A stretch of DNA of 63,384 nucleotides, filler included, from Octopus bimaculoides (lineage: Eukaryota): the NCBI RefSeq assembly GCF_001194135.2. It is 6 parts of 5 records of this genome, joined end to end, with 100 filler letters (N's around TTAATTAATTAA, not from the genome) between each part and the next. Parts side by side here need not be neighbours in the genome. Positions count along the whole stretch, not along the records: positions 55,381 to 61,009 come from NC_068991.1; positions 61,110 to 63,384 come from NC_069005.1; 4 more parts are not named here. One strand, given 5' to 3'. The notes under the pieces are model-generated. The model was not told the DNA's origin and searched no databases. It worked only from the letters and a program-made list of their open reading frames with translations. This document shows positions 56,385 through 63,384 of this stretch, piece by piece (position 1 is the first letter of the stretch; each line of letters begins with the position of its first letter). A program made the position numbers and the translations under genes.

Positions 56385-58974
56385 ATACATGTGTGTGTCC
56401 TTGTTCTTAGTAGCACTATGACCTTCCCCTCAGCCCCGTTCACTACTTTGTTGCCGCTGCTGTTGCCTTTGAACCCGACTTTCAATACCACATATTCGCT
56501 TGCCAGCTGCTTGACTTTAACTAGTTGAGCCTGTCTCGTTGTGGATGCCGATATGTACAGATCACGAGCAGAAGTGGTGGGGGAGCATCATAGCCATGTG
56601 TTGAGAGGAGTTCTTTGGGGTGTAAATAATTCAACTCTTGAAACATGTATGTTTTGTTGAACATCTTTATACAACTCTTATTCAGGGACTTTTTCAGTGA
56701 GATAGGCTACTCAATGTGACGAAAATTCTAACTAGGCGCCACCTACTAGGTCATGCACTGTTTATCTTGATATAAGATCGTTATGTCACGCACATATGGT
56801 TGTGATGCATGTGTGTGGTTTACCCTTGTCACATGGGTAATCATGATTGGTATATTGGGCTTGGTATATTTGTACCCCAGTTTTACTTTGATGGCATGCT
56901 CTGCCCTCTTATTCAATAATAATGATAATAATATTATGTTACGTAATATTTTACAAAAAAATACTGAGTCAATAAATGATTTTTCCTCTCATTTTCAGAA
57001 AGTTTGAATCATTATTCCATATCTATTCTACGATGTGCTGAATGTGTGGTGCTATACAAAAATTGGTTTCATAAAATATGTTGCATAAAGTGCTTTATGC
57101 AAATATCATTGTACGTGTGTGTATTCAATACAAATTGAGTTAGAAAAATGAAATATATTATAATTAGACTTCATAACCAAACTTAAATAGTTTATTGAAA
57201 TTTTTAAATAAATATCCATTTATTTCTAAATTTCTGAACGAAATATTTTCTTTATTATATCTACTGCTCCTTCGCAATGCATTGAGTAAAAACAGAATGA
57301 CATGTAAAATCGTCCAATTCATACTTTCAAATAGTTTCTGGAACATGGAATATCATTAAATTATCTTGTCGCATATAGAATCTGTAAATTGAATTTTCGT
57401 TTACAAATTTTATATTTGGGAAGCTACAAAGCACCTCAGGAAGACTAGCTACATTACGTTAATGCTTCCTAATGTAGTTAAAAGTGATTTTGATTTTATA
57501 CAAATATTTATCAAGTTACATATTATTCAATGCAAATAGATAAACATAATGTTTCTTCTATAAAAATACTCTTCGAATGTCCATAAAAGAAGCATAAATA
57601 AAGTATTGGGGCAATATATGCTTTAAACGGCAATAAAGTTACCAGATATTTTGTTTAACAATGTTTCATATAATAAACCACAGATGAGCGTTGATCCATT
57701 AAATGCATTTAAAAATACAGTGAGTCACAAAATCTCAGACACCTGAAAATTCAAAGTAAATTTAAAACTACTGCGCCATAAATCAACTTGTAATGGCTCC
57801 TGTGTAGCTGGATTCAATTGAGGATAAAATGGAAGAAAGCTACTAATATGTGATATCATTTCTGAGATTAAAGTCTCTATTGACATTTTCAACTAAATAC
57901 TTCTACATTCCTATATGAATTTATTTATGAAATTTACAACCATCTAACTTTTTCCGGAATTATGCCACCCCCTAGAATAACAAGCTACGTAAAACATTAA
58001 CTTTTTCTATCAATATATTGATCAACTTTTAATGAAGATGAAAATATCAAGGAAATATAAGTACGGAGATTGGTAGGATAAAATACTTTTATGGATTTAC
58101 TTTTGGCATTTCGATCACTTCCCCATTAACGATAATTCTCATTGATACTGTTTGATATGTTGATAACACATGTTTTAGTCTAATTTATTCTTCCCGGGGA
58201 CGAATACCCCGAATGGTTTGAATTATGCTAAAAACTCTTTTTCTGATAAAGAAATCGGTAAACAAAATATTTACTAGTTTCTCGAAATCTAAAGCTAGCC
58301 AGGTTAAAATTAAATTATGGACTACAAACTGCATTAGTTTAAAATACTGGTGTATATAAACTTCATTATGTGTATACAAACGTGGAATGGTACTAGCAGT
58401 AACAATTTTCTTTTAGAGAAACATGTCAAAGACACTTGTGTGTTAAAATACAGAAAGGAGCTCAGAATGCCGGTTATCATCAAATGCGATCTTTCAGCCA
58501 GTTTCCTTCCACTCAGTCATAAATGGAGGATAAGTTACTTTATTCTTTTTAACATGCCTATAAAATATAATAGTCCGGCGTTTCTTCTGAATTATTTCCT
58601 TTTGACCTTTTGCATCATTCTTGAAATTATTATTTCCAATTCTTGGCACTTGTTGCAAATCACTTTTGGTTTCTCATTAGTTTTAAGAGTGGTCAGTCCT
58701 AGATAGGTTATACAAAGTATCTTAGTTTGAAAGTAATAGGATCGTATGGATGAGATGTAGCTGAAACACAATGTATTTAATATATATATGTTTACAGCTA
58801 ACGTGTTGCATGACTAGTACATATACACCTACTAATTAGGTGGCATATAGCGTAGCAAATCTAAGCCAATGCATAAAATTAGATGACGATCATGGGGATT
58901 AGAATAATAATGAAAAACATTTACACGATAGGAACATGGCCTGTAATTTTGAAGAAGCCTGGTTGATTACATCG

Positions 58975-60650
58975 ACTCCAGGAGTAAAGCAATTACAGAA
59001 CGGGATCACCAGGAACAAATGATCAACTGCTGACCGATACAGTAATTCTTAAGAACTGCCGAAGAAAGTTGACAAACTTAACAGTGGCTTAGATTGACTA
59101 TAAAAAGGCATATGATGCAGTTCCTCATTCGTGGATCCTGAAGTGCCTATAGATGATCGGGGAAGCGAAAAATTTGATATGTTTGTTCAAAAATAGTATG
59201 AAAAACTGGAAGATAATTTTGACTGCAGGTGGAAGATATGCTAGACAAGTCGACGTCAAGATGGGAATCCTTCGAAGAGATTCAGTGTCCTCTTTACTGT
59301 TTTTTGGTTGCATTTTACCTCTCTAGATTGCTTTTAGTTAGATGGGAGCTGATTATAAACTGCAGAAAAACATGAGACCAATCAATTATCTGATGTTTAT
59401 GAATGATTTGATGCCTAACAGAGCTAGCAGTGGTCAACTGTATTCCCTTATTTACTCTGTACGAATTTTCGCTCAATATATCCAGATGGCATCTAGTATA
59501 GAGAACTGAGAATAAAGTACAAAGTAGATAGCAGCGGAGTACAACTGCTAGACGATGAACGGATAAGAGAAGTGAGCGAAGAGGCGTTTTACAACTAGTG
59601 TCTTTGTGTTTTACAAATAGTGTCTTAGTGTTTTACACCTAGGCCAAATACTAAACACCAAGATGAACGAGACCATTTCTTCTGAATACATCAGAAGAGT
59701 TAAACAGTTATGTAGGTCTAAACTAAATGGAGAGAACCTGTTTAGCGGCATTAACACGTGGGTTGTAGATGAGTTACGTTACTTTGCATGTGTTGCGGAA
59801 TAGACAAAGGAAGAACTTGCCAACATGGATAGAAAACCTAGGAAAGTAAAGGATATGCATGGATGCCCTCATAGTGGAAGTAATGTAGCAAAATTATACT
59901 TACCTAGAGAGGAAGGCGGTAGAGGCTGGTTGGAATAGAAGATAGTGTTGGGTAAGAGATCGAGTCCTCATATACCCACGTGTCTGAGGAATATTGATGA
60001 AAATACATTGTAGGCTGCACTAAAGGAAAAAGTAATCGAATGTAGCCTTGATAAGACTGTGGCATTACCTTTGTGTAGACTATGGGGAAAAATCAACTGA
60101 GACAGTTAGACATATATTTAGCGGAAGTTCAAAACTAGCACGTAAGGAATACAAAAGTCGTCATGACAAAGTAGCTGAACGAATACACTGAGTGTTGTGC
60201 AAGAAGTATGGGCTACAATGTTCCAAAAAGTGGTATGAGCACCAACCTTTCCCGGTACCAGACAATGATCAGGTAAGATTCACATGGGATACGGCAATAT
60301 ACACAGATAATATGCCGCAACATAGCCGATGAGATATCACTTCCTTGTGAAAGGAGTTTAAAAAATGGACCTGCATCGGTGCAGTTATACTCCCAGACCA
60401 AATTATTTTTAAGACGGAGGACAAGAGAGTCGGGAAATATCAAGACTTAGGATTAGAAGTGAAAAAAAATCCATAGAACATCAAAAGTGAGTGCGGTGTC
60501 TATTGTAATTGGTGCATTTGGAAGCTGCAAATATCAAAGTTATTAGGATGTATTCATGGCAGCAATACTTGGAATTCACATGGCAGCAATACTTGGAATA
60601 TCTCATGTTTTGAGAAAAGTGTTGTGTCTTTAAGTTTCGATATGACATAA
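58975..60650 (+). mobile_element. Old degenerate R4/Dong-like non-LTR retrotransposon (RT, CCHC, restriction-like endonuclease)
   Basis: Broken frames give GTNDQLLTDTVILKNCRRK, IDYKKAYDAVPHSWILKCL, INYLMFMNDL, CRLWG..ETVRHIFSG..KLARKEYKSRHDKVA, WYEHQP, TWDTAIYTD, GKYQDLGLE. Many stops. Confidence 0.85.
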
Positions 60651-60661
60651 ACATAGATAAA

Positions 60662-60722
<61 letters not shown>

Positions 60723-60734
60723 GATAACAACAAC

Positions 60735-60780
<46 letters not shown>
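60662..60780. repeat. (TAC)n-(AAC)n-(AAT)n compound microsatellite between two R4/Dong-like fragments
   Basis: Direct reading. Confidence 0.95.
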
Positions 60781-60782
<2 letters not shown>

Positions 60783-61009
60783 CGGGAAAACAGTCAGCCA
60801 CCTTCTATATATGGATGACCTAAAATTATATGCTAAAAATGACAAAGAGCTAGAAACACTACTAGAGACAGTACACGGCTTTACCAAGGAAATAGATATG
60901 AAATTCGGATTAGAAAAATGTGCCAAAGCAACCCTGAAAAGAGGAAAATTAGTTAAAAGTAGCAATATAACACTAGATAAAGCCAATGAAATAAGAGAAC
61001 TAGATGAAA
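60781..61009 (+). mobile_element. Younger 5'-truncated R4/Dong-like RT fragment abutting an (AAT)n tract
   Basis: Stop-free frame NGKTVSHLLYMDDLKLYAKNDKELETLLETVHGFTKEIDMKFGLEKCAKATLKRGKLV (YMDD catalytic motif); runs into a scaffold gap. Confidence 0.85.
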
Positions 61010-61109
61010 NNNNNNNNNNNNNNNNNNNNNNNNNNNNNNNNNNNNNNNNNNNNTTAATTAATTAANNNNNNNNNNNNNNNNNNNNNNNNNNNNNNNNNNN
61101 NNNNNNNNN

Positions 61110-61150
<41 letters not shown>

Positions 61151-62013
61151 CATTAGTATCTAATGACCCACAAAAATAACTCTTAATCAGAAATAAAAGA
61201 AAGACAGCGGAATAAGATTTATTTAATAAGGCAGCTACCCCCTCCCCTCATTACAAGGCTGGAGGCACATGGGTGGATAGAAGAAAAGGCTTGACTGGGA
61301 GGTGGGGTGCAATGAAGTAGCAGAGGGGAGACTGATGAGGAAGAATATAAAAACAAACAGCTCCCACTATATATAATACATACAAAACTCCCTAAATATC
61401 CTAAGTATTTTCTTTTTATAATCAAGTATTGATAAATTTTGTCATAATAATAATAATGATGATGATGATGATGATGATGATGTTAAGCAAACAGAGAAAT
61501 GGCAAGATGGCAGATGTGTGAAATTAGGAAGGATAGAGGTGTGGAGAATCACAATGATATTGGCAATGGGCCGTTAAAGAATATATACACACAACCATAA
61601 TACACAGTTAGTCACCAACACACTCCAGGTGCTGGCTCGCAAACATGAAGACTGTTAACTCCTGTCCCCTTTACAACTATGACAGCAACCTCTGGTCCTT
61701 GGAACCTACTGGTCACATGCTATGTCCAATGAACCTTAATTGATTCACTCATATTTACTTCAGCTTGTCATTGGCTTACTCACCACCACCACTACCAACA
61801 GGACCCTGTGCTAACTCCTGGTTAGTTTTTTTCTCCAATCCTTCCTCCCCAAGAAGTTATCCTTCTGGAATTCCTTCATGGCTCAGGAACTTCAAGTGTG
61901 TTAATCTCACACAAGCTCAAAGAGTCAGTAAAACATCCCAGACTCCTTTGGAGTCGCCATGATAGATTGCTGACCAAAACATTCAATTTTTTTTCTCCTT
62001 GTTTTCTCCGTAT

Positions 62014-62050
62014 TCTTTCTGTTGAAGAGCGTAGCTCGAAACGTTAAAGA
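62014..62050 (+). ncRNA. Minimal hammerhead-like motif with variant core (CUGUUGA)
   Basis: UCUUU-CUGUUGA-A-GAGC-GUA-GCUC-GAAA-CGU-U-AAAGA: 5-bp stem I, 4-bp stem II, ACGU palindrome as stem III; core position A6 is U. Confidence 0.55.
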
Positions 62051-62137
62051 CTTTCTGTATTCCCAAGCGTCAAACTAATACATCCTTTTGTTGTTTACAC
62101 CACCTGTCCTCATCTGTTGTTTCTTTCGTAAATTCTC

Positions 62138-62184
<47 letters not shown>

Positions 62185-62881
62185 NNNNNNNNNNGGGTAA
62201 AGGATTATCAATTTATTAATTAATAAATCAATTAACAATTAATAATTTTTACCAAGCCCATCGGTATGAAAGCACCATTTGCCTTTGTGGGTTACAAGTG
62301 ATGCTATCTGTGGGATTCTCAGCTTTTTTTAGCTGCTATTTCTGAACTTCGGTATATGGTGAAGCAAATATTTGCTGATCCCTTAATTATGTTTATAAAT
62401 ATATATGTATGTATGTATGTATATATGTGGTAATTGAATCTGGCACCTCACTTCTAGTTATTTGAATTTTATGTCTCTGACCATCAAGCCATTCTTCTCT
62501 GCCAACTTCACTCCCTCTTATAACAGGTACATACATGAAGTGAATTAATGAGAGCATGAGAAGTTGAGAGAGAAGGATAGTCTCTTCAGTGATAAAGTCT
62601 AATAGACAGCATGATAATTCCGTAGGCTATAGAACCAATTCGTCTTGTCTGTTGGTCAGTGGTTTGTCTATTTAGAATACGTTTTTTTTCTCCCTCACCT
62701 CTCCATCCAACTCACTAAGTTACATGTATAAATATTTCCTTCCAAAATTAGTATTTACACAAAAGGCAAAAAAAAAAAAAAAAAACACCAATCAGAACTC
62801 CACTTCTACCAAGTACATTTAGCTAAAAAACAAAAATGAAATTGCAAAAAAAAGGCACACTCCACCCCAGAAGCAAACATC

Positions 62882-62913
<32 letters not shown>

Positions 62914-63384
62914 CCTATCTACTATAGGTGCAAGGCCTGAAAGTTTGGGAGAGAGGACTAGTTGATAGCACTGACTCAAGAACCTGACTGAAAGGATGAA
63001 AAGCAAAGTTTGTGTTGATAATTCTGCCAGCTTATCACCTTATAACTTTAATAATAATAATAATAATAATAATAATGACGATGATGATAATAATAAAAAA
63101 AATTGCCATTTTGGGCACAAAACCAACACATTTGAGGAGGGCTGGAGCAGGGGGGATTAGTTGATACTATCAGCCCCCAGTATCTGACTGGTACTTTATT
63201 TTTATCAACCCTTACACGGATGAAAAGGCAAAAGTTGACCTGGGCAGGATCTGAAGTCAGGATATGAAGAGCTGGAAGAAATACACTGAAGCATTTGCGC
63301 CAATATTCTAATGACTCGACCAGCTCATTGCCAACAATGACAATAACAAAATAAAAGAAATAAACTACAACTTTAAGATATAAA

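Noticed and set aside
60555-60599. 24-bp direct duplication as a target-site duplication
   Set aside because: The copies are adjacent with no insert between them; a local tandem duplication like those near 21848, 24283 and 42058.

Overview
Eukaryotic, AT-rich, microsatellite-dense genomic DNA with many N gaps. The repeat landscape looks cephalopod (octopus-like); this is inference from repeat style, not a database result. Two protein-coding genes are partly visible, pointing away from each other. The first is a large coding exon of a heparan sulfate 3-O-sulfotransferase (HS3ST, minus strand, 18777-20275), with an unusually long low-complexity stem and two upstream ORFs. The second is one 109-bp exon of a PTP1B/TC-PTP (Ptp61F-like) tyrosine phosphatase (plus strand, 45869-45977). 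The remaining exons of both genes were not found. Most of the window is mobile DNA: an L1/Tx1-like LINE, three R4/Dong-like RLE retrotransposon fragments, an RTE 3' end, three tRNA-derived SINE families with swapped tails, and two foldback/MITE-like palindromes. The most interesting signal, absent from the ORF track, is a set of minimal type I hammerhead ribozyme motifs of the kind known from Penelope-like elements: two are well formed (6305-6389, 55642-55727), three are imperfect or variant (52684-52756, 54428-54478, 62014-62050), and several are decayed. One sits in an arm of a 429-bp inverted repeat that encloses the L1/Tx1 LINE. Almost all other ORFs in the track are microsatellite or N-gap artefacts.
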